Assembly: GCA_040954595.2 (NCBI GenBank) | Contig: CM082591.2 | Coordinates: 3,271,957-3,335,956, forward strand | Length of the DNA: 64,000 nucleotides | Direction: 5' to 3' | Source of the DNA: Balanoglossus misakiensis | Lineage: Eukaryota > Animalia > Hemichordata | Part shown: positions 24,277 to 63,655 of the stretch, piece after piece | How positions within the stretch are numbered: the stretch's first letter is position 1 | Layout: the number at the start of each line of letters is the position of its first letter | Program-made: the position numbers and the translations under genes | Notes under the pieces: model-generated | What the model was told of the DNA's origin: nothing | The model's database searches: none | What the model saw: only the letters and a program-made list of their open reading frames with translations

Positions 24277-24354
24277 GTATGTATGTATGTATGTAAGTAT
24301 GTATGTATGTATGTATGAATACATACTACAATACATACAGACAGACAGACAGAC
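24101..24354. repeat. (TATG)n microsatellite (~54 units) followed by a short (CAGA)n tract
   Basis: Directly visible. It accounts for the MYVC/HTYI pseudo-ORFs. Confidence 0.98.
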
Positions 24355-24409
24355 ATGAGCACGTTGCCCATACACAATTAACAAAAAAAAATCAGAGACA
24401 TATGTACAA

Positions 24410-24415
24410 TTTATT
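24410..24415 (-). terminator. Probable polyadenylation signal of the BRSK gene
   Basis: AATAAA on the minus strand is followed by a U/GU-rich tract (TGTCTCTGATTTTTTTTTGTTAATTGTGT). This implies a ~3.6 kb 3' UTR. Confidence 0.55.
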
Positions 24416-27400
24416 TCATTGTTTTATTTTGATTGGGTTTCTCATCTCCATGGCAACACATTGTCATCACAAAAGTATCTAGGCCACACAAAAATAGTTC
24501 TCTGGTTTGAAGGGGTATGACAAATTACTTTTTTTTACACAAATGAAGATTTTTTTTCAGGTACAGGCAGTGTTTGTTTGGATGTGAAGTACAAAACTAT
24601 TAACTAGCCAGGTGAGTATGTATGCTCCTTAAAACACATTCTGAACAGAAAACACAATTTACAGAATTATAAAAAATGGCTTGTGTGAATGTTTAGGAAG
24701 TTAGCATAAGTTTATCCCCTTCATTGAAAATGCTTTAGTCCGACCCAAGTGTTTACAATAACATGGGGGTAACCATACATAGGGAGATAGAGATGGCGAG
24801 GTTAAATTGTCAAAAAAATCACATCTTGTACATGTATATCTTGTGAAGCATTGTATCCAATGTAATGATTTCCCACAATGTAAATTTATGGAAATTATGC
24901 AAATCTACTACTACCTCAAAGCCTATTCTTGCAAGTTTATTGGTCATTGCCATGGTAAGATGCAAATTTCAGTATCTTGTTTATAAAGTGTACAATGAAA
25001 GTTGCTTGCCTCAAAAAGTTGGGTCTCTGAAACATTGGTATTATAATATTGCACATTTGGTCATTTGTTTTCAGATCATATAAAATTGTACATTTTTAAG
25101 TAAGGGTCATTACCTGTAATTGTTTATAATTTTGCTGAAGGAAATGGTTTGCATGGCTGTTTTGAATGTACGAACAAATTTAGTTGATTCTTAAATTATA
25201 AGGCTTTATTGTATATATCTTTCCCAAGCTGCCAAATGTAAGCTGCAGTTATAAATAATTCAAACATTAGCAGCATGTCATGCGCTGAATTTTCAATATG
25301 AAACTGTCTGGCTTTTTAGACGTTTGTGGTCTTACGGTGGGAACACAATGGACAGGGCTAAAAAGTTGCAATTCCTTCATTTAGCATAGGTAATTATCTT
25401 TGTCCGACTCTGACAAAATTAAGCGTGTGAAACTAGCTGTTTATAGGGCACATCCGTTAGGCTTATTGTCCAATGATAAACTTGACCATCAAACACTGGC
25501 TTGTGTGTCATGCGACAGTTGTAACAGACACGTCACAAGAGACAAAATACACAAATGACTTATAAACGTAAACCAATACGCGATGCATGTTAACCAAGGG
25601 TGCGTGAATTCGCTAATAATCCAGTTCTAAACTACATTTGACAAGGGTTAATTATTTTTACATGACAACTAAATAATGCTAAAATACCAGACTGGGATGT
25701 CAAATTGTTGGAGACATGACATAAATAAAAGAAATAGATGATGTGCGCAATTAGTTTAAGAAACACCACCGTCGCTAATGCAAAACATTGAGAGCAAAAT
25801 CAGGTCAAAATATTGATATTGAAATAACGTTTCCATTGTTTCAGGCAGGGCTTTCAAAAGTACTTGCAGTAATCAGTCTAAAGTGTAGTTAATTAAAAAT
25901 TACAGCCACAAGTCAACAGTTCACATTTACCGGTTTCCATGTAGCACTCTGCCTGAAGTACCATCTGATATGTTCGTTTTCCTGTCCAGGACCTAGTCTT
26001 TCACAAAGACCTATTTTGCATACTATGAAGGTACGTTAAGTGCGTAGGATAGATGTCATTCCACCAAACTACATCAAGCAATGTATCAAATAGGAACAGA
26101 CTCTATTTCCAGAACACAACTTGCTTCCTTTTGCAGAAGATAGCAAAACACACTGAAACATTAGATGGGAATTTTCAGTATCTAATGTTAAAGCTTGTTG
26201 GAAGAAATAGCTAACTTGATGTGCTTCACATTGCACTTGCAATTCAATATTCAATTATATTTGCCGCAAATAAATTGCAGAAATCTCAGTTGCTCCGGAT
26301 CAATTGCACATGTTTCTACCAGTATGTTGCTTATGCGATTTTGCAATTCATTCTAGACACTGATCTAAAGTATGGCAGATTAAGCAGTATGCTGCATGTG
26401 GTTTGAAAGAACTCTAACCAGTCTAAACCTGATCAAACCGGTTGAAGTTATGAGAACCCCTGATTATAACAGTTCCCCCTTGTCTCTGTGTCAAAAAAGC
26501 TTAGTTATCGTACTGCATACAAGCAACAGAAATATTTAAGGACAGAAGCAATCAATATTTTAACTTAAGTTTTATGGTCTTTGGCATATTATTTCTCATT
26601 TGGTCAGTATTGTAAAATGTGATCTTGTTCATGTACTGACAATCATTGCCACAGGTTGGTATGGTACTTAACTACAAAATGTACACAGAAAGAATTGAAA
26701 CTCTTTTGATTTGCCAATTTCGTGGAAAAAATGCATACACAGGTCTTAAACAAGAACGTTGCACAGGCCAACATAGGTCTTCATTCAGATCCAGATCCCT
26801 CTAACATAACTTGCATGTTCCTTGAGAAGATTTTACCAAATCAAACTCAATCTGCGATATAAATATGTTAATCTGCTTAAGTAGGGGACACCAAATTGGC
26901 GATACATTTGCTTCAAAGACTACTTTCCTAAATTAACCTGGTAAGACTTTCTTTGTGATTTGTTATGTAACTGCTTCGAAAAAATTACTATTTCTGGTGA
27001 AAAACACTAAATCTTGAACTTTTTATACATCTCTGAAAATCAAAGACACCTTGCATATTTGTAACTGTTTGCTGTTTTCATTTGCATTTTCAAAAGTCTG
27101 TTAATTTAACACAGACAAGTTCATTAACTGTAACACTTGCAGCCCATTTCTGCTCCAATATAATTTTCCCTGTGAAATGGATGTCATACAAAAATTTAAA
27201 ATGGTTAAAAAAAATTCATGCTCCTATTTACAATAATTCCTTGTTGTTTGCATTGGCACGTTCTTGATCTAGCTTACCTATTTGCACAATGACAAAGTCC
27301 TGTTCACGCGACTCAAACCAGCTCAAACTGGTTTGAACCAGTTCTCAAATTCACAGTTTGCACTAAGTGATAGTAGTACTTCAACATGGCAATTTAACCA

Positions 27401-28009
27401 CTTGATTCCCTCTCAAAATACAATCCCCTTTTTCCAATAAAATTCATAAATTATCCTTCTAAACTTAATAATAAAATAAAAAACAATTTAGGAAAAATAC
27501 ACTCTGATTGTAAATACACTATGAACATGGACTGAATTAAGTACCGGTCCTGGTAGTACAGAACAATATAAACATATAGTTTCAACATATACAGATACAC
27601 GGAAAAGTAAGAACAACTCGGAGGACATATGTTTCAACATAGTGGTGTAACACTGACAAAATTAAACTTAATATTAATACAATGGAATAAGTTAGTTTCT
27701 GTGATATTTTGCCCGCAACTTCATTCAGAGCATTTCGGATGTTGAAAGCAATTCTCAAAATATTTGATTACCTTACATACTGCCCAGTTGTGGCTTGACC
27801 AAAGCTGCACCATCTGAACTTGATGAAACTGGATGAAAGTTATATTCTTCCAATACCTGCGGCAAGTACATAAGGTATGTATTCCAATGACGCCATTTTG
27901 AATATCTGAATAGGATGATTCCATGTATGACTTCTCTGCCTGTGATACAAGTTGTTTTGCTAAAAAAAATTCCATTTTCCTATTAAAATTGTATATGATT
28001 AATATAGCA

Positions 28010-54054
<26,045 letters not shown>

Positions 54055-54159
54055 ATCTCATGAATCCAATATTACCAAATCCTTGAAAGAAAATAAAATG
54101 GGGTATCTAGAATTAAGTTGTGCGGGGATATTATGTAGCCACTCAGCGGAGACTGAATT

Positions 54160-54280
54160 TCAGTTCAGCCGCCATTACATCTAAATACGTCATCCGGGTA
54201 CTTTGAGGAAACACCTATTGAATTATTCATGAGGTTGGCAATACGAGATAAGTAGGTTGCTGTTGACAACAACGTCATAG
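54160..54280 (-). promoter_or_regulatory. Putative BRSK core promoter
   Basis: YY1-like AATGGCGGCT (minus strand, ~54167-54176) lies ~115 bp upstream of the ATG. CRE half-sites (ACGTCA) are at ~54187 and ~54272. Confidence 0.45.
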
Positions 54281-55423
54281 TTTTTATTAATGAAAACTTA
54301 ATATATAGACCAATACAAACGCCTACAGACCAAATATCAAAGCTTGGTTTATGCGTTTAATGTAGATTGAAATACAATTTTACTTCATCAACAGATCTCA
54401 TCGACCGATCATTTATATGGTAACCACAAGTAGGCTATATCTGTAGAAGAAAACAATATTACAAGTGCCGTACAACAATCAAAAATGTCGTCATGCATTA
54501 GTCATCAATGCCCTTGTATTGGAAATATTGTTTTTGGTATTGGCAAATTGCCTACTTGATTCTTTCCAATCGATTGCCTTTGGCATTGACGTAAACGTAT
54601 CCTGGTGATATTGTTTTCGAGGACGTCACCTCTAAAAATTACACGCACAGATACAATTTCACCACTGGTCTTCACATGCCCCAGTCTTTAATAGGCTGCT
54701 CCCAATCGTTCCTGGACATATGTCGTTAAAACTTGTTGACGCGACTAGACTATATCGGTGTTTTTCTTTTCCATTTTCCACCCCATTATTGTCCGTTCTA
54801 TATACCGAACAATGAGACGCTGTTTTTCTCTGGGTCGATCAATGATACTGGTTTACTACAAGAATAGGTTGTACATTCATTGACAGCGACCTAGGCCTTA
54901 ATATGCATGTAGGTGTGTACATGGATATAATACTAGAATAGTACACGCATCAATAGTCTGTTCTCTATGAACTCGACCCACATCGCAAATAAAACCCTGA
55001 CAACAGGCCTGGACAACTGTTTGAATAAGAAACAACTAACATGGTACCAACGTGCCTACAAGATACCATTCGCGGGTAACATTATTAACTTATTTTTGTA
55101 GTTTGAATACTTCTATTTGTTTCAAAGATTTGAGAGCTACCGATTCACTTTTTTTAAGTCATGCGAAAGTAAAAAAAAAAGCACACGACTCATAGGCGAC
55201 CCATCATCACACGTACACACGTGCATACACGCGGTGATGTAGAGCGCATGTCAAAGCAAAACTCCTTTTAAATCAACCCTGTATTTCGTTGGCGCATCGC
55301 CAAGGGGCAGACATGAGGACATCGACATAGCCTACACGAAGTGTCTAATTGTTCCCATCAATGTCACGATATCGATTCAATGTACAGGGCAGTCCGGACC
55401 AGATCCCGTAACTCGGAGATGCG

Positions 55424-55456
<33 letters not shown>
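55424..55456. repeat. (CT)n microsatellite
   Basis: Directly visible. Confidence 0.9.
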
Positions 55457-56699
55457 ACGGTGGCGCACTCTCAGGGAAGTGGGGTAGGCCTATCCATGCA
55501 TGCTCGTTTCTCACAATTTCACGACAGGGATGTTGCTTTTTCTCACATGGTTTTCACTGACTTTGATGATAAACAGAAAAAAATGAAGTTCAAATATGAA
55601 GTTTAACCCATCCTTTTCCATATAATGCTGAAAGACCAAAATAGTTTAGTTGAACCGGTACGGTTCGTATGTCACATACGTACAGTTTACTGAGTAAGCA
55701 ATTTAATTCATGTCGTTGGGTGGCGCTATTATCGATAGCCTTGTCAGATTTGCCACCAGCACCGTGGCCGGCTGTGGCTACGAGAAAAAATATAAATACC
55801 TTTCCCTGTACATTCAAAGCTCAAGTTTTAGCTTTATGAATTTTTTTTCGACAAAATGCGACACGATTTGATCTTTACGACACAACAAAGTTGTTGAAAC
55901 TTTCTCTCTGACCGACTGGACTCATGCGACCAATATGCGCATTTCTGACCAGTTTCAGATGCGACGTCGATCGACTGAATTTTACTCACCAAATTAAATT
56001 AATTTTCAAAGATTTTTCAGCTGTTGCAGTCATATTTTGAGGCAGTCGAAATTATCGTTGTCATCTGGACTTGAGAATCATACATTCCTTACAGATGTAA
56101 CGACAAGCGTATAGATTATTATATCTATCTAGAAGTCCTAGGCGTTCGTCAGATTTGGGAGTGAAACGAAAGAATGATAGCCGCAAAAACAAAATGGGTT
56201 CTAGAATGTCGATCTTGTTTTCAGATGATGGTGTGAAAACATACATATTACCGTAAGTTCCTCGTACAGCTAACAACTCCATGGTATATGGGCCTAGATT
56301 CGCTAACTTGCAAGCAAGTTTCCCTATTATAACAACCTTCTTCTTTCAATTTAAAAACACCACAAGTATTAAATTCACAATGCAAATATAAGGTATGTGA
56401 CTAACATTTCAAATGTGAGTGAAAATCTAGGGTTTTTGGCGAGTGGAAAACGTCAAAAGTTGCAACTGATTTAGGCCTAGAGCTAAATCATCATGTGATG
56501 TTTTTAGGCCTATAACAAAAATGAAAACCATGTCCCTGTAAAAGTCTATCTGACGATTTGGAAGAGGAAATCTGATATAGGCCTAAGCTTTATTAAAACT
56601 CGAACGAATTTGAAACGACGCATCGAACAAAATGAGTACCAGCAGATGGTTGCAGCTAGTTTGCATCGCATCGCCCTCATCGTACGTACGCACTCTCCT

Positions 56700-56931
56700 C
56701 CCATCCAGTGACGTCATTTGATGTCGGTTTCATCCATCATTTCAAGATGGCGCTGTGTGATGAAAGTGATCCTGTCTGGGCGCATCGATTATTTTAAACA
56801 GCCCCATCATCCGCGCTCTTACCAGGACGTGTTTAATTATATGTGGATAGATGTTGGGTGACAGAGCTTCCTTCAGGGGCCAGTGTCTTTGAATTTGCGC
56901 CATTCGATGTGCGGGAAGCCACGGTAAAAAG
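56700..56931 (+). promoter_or_regulatory. Putative GRIN1 promoter and non-coding first exon
   Basis: Full CRE TGACGTCA (56709-56716), YY1/initiator-like AAGATGGCG (56744-56752), a CpG-rich stretch to ~57540 and a candidate donor AAG|GTACGT at 56931/56932. A strong acceptor lies downstream at 60518/60519. Confidence 0.45.
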
Positions 56932-58141
56932 GTACGTACGTAACACATCTCAATTTCTCTTCTGATTTCTATGGCGGAGAGCTGAGGTGATGTTGATCTG
57001 TAGTCGATGTCATACCATCGACGCCGTCCTATATTCAACGACACACCGCTCTCTGATTCCCAGATCACGGTTTCAAACGTCAAGATTTTCTTGATCGCAT
57101 GAGCGGTCACAGATTTCGATGACCGACGTTTTATAAAAGGATAACGATGATGATTATTCACCAGTGAAATTTCCAATCGTGTAGGGTGTACGTGCTATAT
57201 GCGCGTTCGTGACATCCGTGTGGATGGATTTCAAACTCTATCTACCGCCGAGGGCCCGGCCTTCGGATGCGGGGGAATTTCGGGATGTGGATCCATGATC
57301 CAGTGAGGCCCACCTCGCGTTGTATTGGTGACCGTGACTACAATAGATGTCGTTTTATCCAGCGTGACATATCAGCGTTGTGTGGAAAGGGATATTAACA
57401 TGGCAGTCGACAAAACTGCAAACAATGACGACCTTCAGAATTCTGTACTGGATGGAGCGGAAGGCCAAATATAGGGCACAGTGTGATCGGTTGTGCGGGC
57501 AGTCGTTTGTGAGTCGTGACGAGTCTTTTAATGAAACGTACAGCTGGTTAAAATAAATCTTTCCCTTTTCTCCTTTCTGGTGTTGTTTTATTTGTTGATT
57601 TTTAAATTATAACTAATGTCAAAATTTATAAAGAAGCACCCAACACAGGCACCCAGATGCCATAAGTTTTTGTGCCACACACATACACACATTACTGGTA
57701 TCTACATGTATATTTTAACATGCATTATGACTAACTATTACAATTAGTGTAAGTTTTGAATAAACAAGTTACAATGTTACATTGTAATGAGCATGCAATT
57801 AACATAAAGTTTTACATAACAATATAGTTGTTATGTAAATTTCTATTGTTTTGGCAAAATGAAAGTGGTGGCTATACAATTGCACTGGGGAGAAACCTGG
57901 AACTGAAAAATTTATACATCAATTTTGATGACAAATCCTTCACCGGTAGCAAGGTATTATTTTCTCATTTCACGCATATCTAGTTCTGTATTAACACATG
58001 CATATTTAAACCTGACTCATCAAATATTCGTGAGATATTAAATTTGTATTTTATGAGTCTAACACGTTTGATTTTTTTATTAGTAGAATACTGTAAAACG
58101 GGAATTTTGGCGAATGATAAATATTCGCAAAATTCTCTGTT

Positions 58142-58208
58142 TAGAGGTCCAACTTCACTATAGATAGAAAGCAATGGATTTGGACCAAACCATGGTGGTG
58201 AGGGGGTA
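58142..58208 (-). mobile_element. Partial copy of the ~90 bp MITE family
   Basis: TAGAGGTCCAACTT...GATTTGGACCAAACCATGGTGGTGAGGGGGTA. Confidence 0.7.
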
Positions 58209-58290
58209 GAAGCCAGCTCTTAATAATATGTGGACCTGTTATGTATAGACCAGAGCCAGACTATTTTCTTCTAGGTATAGTAATGTCCCT

Positions 58291-58383
58291 TTAACCCTTT
58301 AACCACCATGGTTTGGTCGAAATACATTGTTTTCTATAATAGAGTTACACCATTATGCAAGGGAACGAGGGTGAAATGGTTAA
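58291..58383 (+). mobile_element. ~90 bp MITE with TTAA flanks (piggyBac-like ends)
   Basis: TTAA-CCCTTTAACC...GGTGAAATGG-TTAA: short imperfect terminal inverted repeats between TTAA tetramers. At least four related copies occur in the window. Confidence 0.7.
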
Positions 58384-61029
58384 ATACATGCAAGATCTCT
58401 GATATCAGTCGCTGCTTGGACCAAGCTCTGCAAAACACAAAAAGCTGTGTTGCAAAGGATATAATTGATTTATCCTTATCACAAATTCTTCCATTAATCC
58501 TATGTCCTTGCAAGATATGACCCAGTGGAGTCACTTTGTGTTATCGACCATTCAACATTTTTACAGCCAGACACAGTTAATTTATCAATGCTACTACATT
58601 TTACGAATTCCAACGTGCACTTTAGATTGTATTAAATTATCATGTGTTCACCATGCACATACATACCCTGTCAGAAGCTGTCTTTCTGTGTAAAGTTCAC
58701 ACTTCATTAATATTTTCGTCAAATGTAGTGTTATTAATTTACCCCACTTATTTTGCATTACCTGTATGAAATATATATTCCTGTACTTTATCATTATTAA
58801 TTTAATTACCAATTGATTGTTATTAGTCGACTGGTAATTACATTGCGCATGCTGACTTAGTCATAAACCTGTGTACATGTCTCTAGCCCTACAGCACCAT
58901 TAATAATGTGTAGATATAGCTGGCTTTAGTCCTCTATGCCAAACATATATTTCTGTGTACACTGTATAAATTTATATATAGGTAATTGTATGTATTAGCA
59001 ACAAGGTATACAGAGGTTTTTCACTGCAAACTGTTCAGTTTGATTAATTCTGTTCCCTAATTCCCCTAATTTGTTATTTTAAATTAAAATTTAGAATAAA
59101 AAACTGGGGAGGGGGCACCATTTTGATTGAGAGAGCTAGAGTTTCCTGAATCTGGAATAGGGAGATGTCACTGAAATTGGGATTTCCTCCACGATTTTGA
59201 ATTTAAACCTGTGAGGCTGGATTGTGATTCAGGTCACAGAGTGCGAGAGATTTGATTCCAGAGTGACCTCATATGCATGGTGCTTGCTCTGAGTTTCACA
59301 TGATTAAATCAAGGCGACGATACTTGCACCTGTACTATACAGGAGAGAGAGAGAGAGAAGACATCCTTCGTCGCTTGTCTAACAAGCACTAGCATAACTT
59401 ATTGACGAGGAATGCGAGCCCGTCGACTTTCCATCAAGAATATCATAACAGAAACTTTAATAGACGCATTCCAAGCATAGCAGATGCGTCTCATTCATTT
59501 CATCTTGCAGATTTTCCCATACCGAACTGTAGACCTCTGGGCCGAACACATAACTTTTATTGTCACGTCTCCAAGTACAGGATTATCAGTAATCTTCATT
59601 ACTATGGTGTTAATGCCATGTTTGTAAATGTATAGCACACACCACTTGTACTTTGCACTATGCCATTAAATTAAAGGACTACAATCACCAACCCTAATTT
59701 AATTTAAAAACCCTTAAGAGTGTCTACATCTTTAATGACCATGAAGTGATGCTTTATCATTCTGTGAAATAATTTTGTGTGTGTCTGTTTCAAAGACATA
59801 AATGTTTGTTGTCTTGTATGAAATCCAAATATCACAAAATTTTAACATGGTCTATTGCTTTGAATTTTGTTAGAAATTTGTCTCCTATATTGAAAGAAGT
59901 AAGTGAAAACAGCATCGTTATTTTTTTACCAGAGTAGAGATGAAATTTGATCACATTGGCGCGGAACATTAAAGTTATACACCATGTAACTATGCATGTA
60001 GGCTTGTCAAATTCCATCAGATTCACAGGAATTTCTCTGTGATGAACCTGTCTCCTGTTTAAGTCTCTGCAGACATGTTTTTAATTATTCAGTTTCCGGG
60101 TCAGGAATATGCAAATGACTTTGGCCAAGCTCTCATTTGCGTCGTGTAGTCATTTTTTATCGCTTTTTGGGAGTGTGCATGGCGATCACTAGCGCGACCC
60201 TTGCACTGTCCTCTGTGTAGTATTCAACCACTACGCCGCAACCTTGCCATTGTAGTTAGAGATCGCCCGCTCTCTGAGAGAGATCCCTTATCTGTATGTA
60301 AGCATTCACTCTGACAGCGTTTCAAATCCTGATTGGAAAGTCTGGCGGAAATTACATCCTGTCGTATGCCTGTGTCGGGTCGTAGTTCAGCAGATCCAAT
60401 CAAAATGCTAATTGGGTTGTAGCCTCATATGGATTTTGATCGAAAGTCGGATTCTGATATTCTTGTGAAAATTATGATGACTAATTTATTTCATTATTTT
60501 TCTTTTCTATACTAACAGGTCCAGTGGTTATAATCCTTCCCCGTCGTTTTCGTGGTCTGATAAATTTTGAGAAAAATTTAAATAGTGGTGGTGAAGATAT
60601 CTTCCATGGAAGTCATGTAACTGTGATCATCATTTGACGAAAAATTTTAATTTATACATGGACTTCAAGAGAATATTTATGTCTGGACAACCTGTTTGTC
60701 TGATATGAGCCCAAAGCGTGTGTTGTTATCTGGTCGTCTGATTTCCTCCAGTAATTTTATCATTGTGCATCCAGAGATTCAAATCTGCAGTCTCGGGGGT
60801 CGTATTTATAAAAAGTAACGTCGGGCTCTGAGGAATCAATCATTGCTGTGTTTATAGTCGAGGTACAAGCGTTTGCGACTAGCTCTCTTGAGTGGACGTG
60901 AATAAAAACTCAGTCATTCTGGATGAGCTGAAGGATGCAGCAGTAGCTGGATTTGTGTGTGGCGATTTGACGATCTAGGATTCGGCGTTTTTAGTCGAAA
61001 CTGCGCGACTGAAATAATTATCCGCAATA

Positions 61030-61443
61030 ATGGCCGAGATGGCGCACCACTGCCTGCGGTTGTTCATATCCGCGTGGATTCTCGCGGCGACGTTTTTCCG
61101 GTCTTCCTGCCAGACCGACGGACGAGAACTGGAGGTCATCAACATCGGGGCGATGCTCAGCTCCGAGGACCTAGAGGGGGGATTCTACGACGCCATCGAC
61201 GAAATAAACGAGGATATGCCGGAGAAGCGGAAACTGAACGGCACCTTCATGATGATGGACGCCAATCCCATACAGTTGGCCTTGTCTGTGTGTCAGAACC
61301 TGGTTTCGCAGCAGGTGTATGCCGTGATCGCGAGCCACCCTCCGGCGTCGGATTTGTCACCCGTTTCAATCTCCTACACCTGTGGCTTCTACAGAATTCC
61401 CGTCATTGGAATCAGCTGCCGGGAATCCATATTTTCCGACAAG
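61030..61443 (+). CDS. GRIN1: GRIN1 first coding exon
   Basis: 138 codons, MAEMAHH...ESIFSDK; donor GTAAAA. Confidence 0.93.
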
Positions 61444-63655
61444 GTAAAAATAACCAACTTACCTATTTCTTTTGTCTGTGGCTGTTCACCCCTATTTTCC
61501 AGTGTAAGAGTCCAATCGTCCACTTCAAACCATTGGGGTGGAACCATAGTCTTGAAATAAAGGGGAGACATCTTGCCAGTTTTTGGTGCTGTTGGGTTCC
61601 ACGTACGGTGCCCTCATCATTCTTTGTAGGCAATCAAAAACTGTTGGGATAATTACACAAGAAGTTGTTTTATTTTAACTCAAAGTACTGTGGAAATGCA
61701 ACGAAATTTGCAAAAAGCTGATCCAAGAGGATAGCTTAGTAAAAGGCTTCAAATGAAAAATTTTCAGACAGTACCCACTCCAACATCGTGCAGTGTTTAA
61801 TTATAGTTTTCACGACTCTGGCAAATGTGTAGTATAAATAAATCGTCTATAAAACTTTACATTTAACACAGCTACTAAAATACCACAGTACATGAAATAA
61901 ATTCAATAAAAAACTCTTCAATTCAGCGACTCAATTTTCTCACAGAATAGTTCTCTTTCTTTCCTGATGTATTCTTAAAATATTTTTAATCTTCCTCAAT
62001 TCATTCTGAAATTACCAATTTACGAAGTCCATTTTTACATTTCCCATATCTGATATTTACTCAGATATTGTTATAACAGTATATAGCAGCACATTTGTTG
62101 CTAATCAATTTATCTGGATGCTGTCATAAATCTTAATGTGTCACAACAGATCCAGCATTTATGGAAGAATCACATAAACCCAAAACACATAGACAGTTGA
62201 GAAATTATTATGGCAAATATTGTGCACAGTGTAAGTATTTACATACTGTAGATTTCCGTGTAGATTTTGACACTTTTCTTTGGAATTCTATAGAAGTACT
62301 ATCAACATCTAAGGGATAGAACTCTAGAGAGCATTCTATAGAATTTCTATAAAATTGTATAGAATTTCTATGGACTTTCATAAATTTCTATGTAGTTTTG
62401 GACCCTTTATCTTTTAATTTCTATAGAAGCATCAAAATCAAATTCTAGACAACATTCTATGAAATATCTATAGAATTTTATAGATTTTCTGAGGACATTT
62501 TCTGTAAGGGTGATAATCTTTTTATTTGGATATCCACAGAATATCCACATGTCGTTCCTTCGCACGGTGCCACCCTACTCCCACCAAGCCCATGTATGGG
62601 CAGACTTTCTCAAGCATTATGAATGGGAGAGAGTCGTGACCATCACGAGCAGTGACCAAGACGGCAGAGCGGTGCTCAGTGCTTTCAAACAGCAAGAGGA
62701 AGACAGCGATGGTGAAATCAAGGTGAGAGAATGTGGTTCAAACTTGCATCATTTTGACAAAGTCTTGAATTTAAATCGGCTATAAACCGAACCCTGAGTG
62801 AATAGTGTAGAATCAGCCCAGGGTACCATAGATCAGATTTTTGGAATTGCACGATTTTTCTCGATCTAACTGTCATATTTCTTAAATTTGTCAAATCATA
62901 TTGCATACATTCCTGTTGCATTGATTTCCCGGAATTCTATCTTTCAGATCGAGGAATCGCTGGTGTATAAACCCGGAGGAGGGGATAAAAACAACATGAC
63001 AGAACTTCTCCTGAAAACCAACGAAGTACACTCCAGGGTGTTCCTGCTGTATGCAAAGTAAGTCCATATAAGGAATTTTTTCAGGTGCCGTCGTGTCTCT
63101 GTCTGCGTGTGAGTGGGACTTATCCTCATCTAATCCATCAGTGTACAGATTTCTGCCGATATCAGTTGTTGCTAGTTTAATCATGTAAGACCTGATTTCG
63201 TTCAAACAAGTATAGATATAAAATTACACCAATTCTGTTTGAAAAATTTCAAAATTTGAAGGTCGTTTGGATTGGACGTAATGTTTGTACACACGAAATT
63301 ACACACTTGCGCATAAGACGATCCTCAGCCTTCAAAGAATGGGATAAGAACTAAAGAAGTAGCTAGACTGGAATTAGATTCGTTTCTTGAGGGTGCGTGC
63401 TTTCCGTACGCAGACGGAGATTATGCAAATCACCCTTCAGCAACGAAACGGTCAGTCTGGAAGTTAATGACGAGTTCAGAGTACCGCTATATTACTCGTT
63501 CGTACTCAAGTTGATGTTTTCGACGTTTCGCAGCGAGGAGGACGCCATCGAGGTTTACAAAGCAGCCAGGAAGCTGAACATGACGGACAGTGGTAATGTG
63601 TGGCTTGTGACGGAACAAGCAATTACCGGGCAAGCATTAGAAGTGGCGCCTACAG
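61030..63655 (+). CDS. GRIN1: NMDA receptor subunit GluN1, amino-terminal domain (partial; gene continues beyond the window)
   Basis: A signal peptide is followed by [82 protein letters not shown] and [14 protein letters not shown], all hallmark GluN1 ATD motifs. The four exons splice in frame with GT-AG introns. Confidence 0.96.
62280..62510 (+). repeat. TTCTATAGAA-rich dispersed repeat in a GRIN1 intron
   Basis: Internal ~10 bp subrepeats (TTCTATAGAA/TTTCTATA), ending TTTTCTGTAAGGG. It shares exact 28 and 22 bp blocks with 30435-30485. Confidence 0.7.
62540..62722 (+). CDS. GRIN1: GRIN1 second coding exon
   Basis: [20 protein letters not shown]...DGEIK; acceptor CACAG, donor GTGAGA. Confidence 0.95.
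62948..63057 (+). CDS. GRIN1: GRIN1 third coding exon
   Basis: [36 protein letters not shown](N); acceptor TTTCAG, donor GTAAGT. Confidence 0.93.
63534..63655 (+). CDS. GRIN1: GRIN1 fourth coding exon
   Basis: [40 protein letters not shown](G); acceptor CGCAG, donor GTTAGT. Confidence 0.93.

Noticed and set aside
23988-24384. MYVC/HTYI repeat ORFs
   Set aside because: Artefacts of the (TATG)n microsatellite.
56742-57176. 144-aa minus-strand ORF
   Set aside because: No recognisable homology. It overlaps a CpG-rich promoter/UTR region where chance ORFs are common.
60957-61652. 231-aa overlapping ORF
   Set aside because: It is an alternative frame of the GC-rich GRIN1 exon, has a non-ATG start and runs into the intron.
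63436-63456. REST/RE1-like site in GRIN1 (TTCAGCAAC...ACGGTCAG)
   Set aside because: Both half-sites are mismatched and the spacing is non-canonical.
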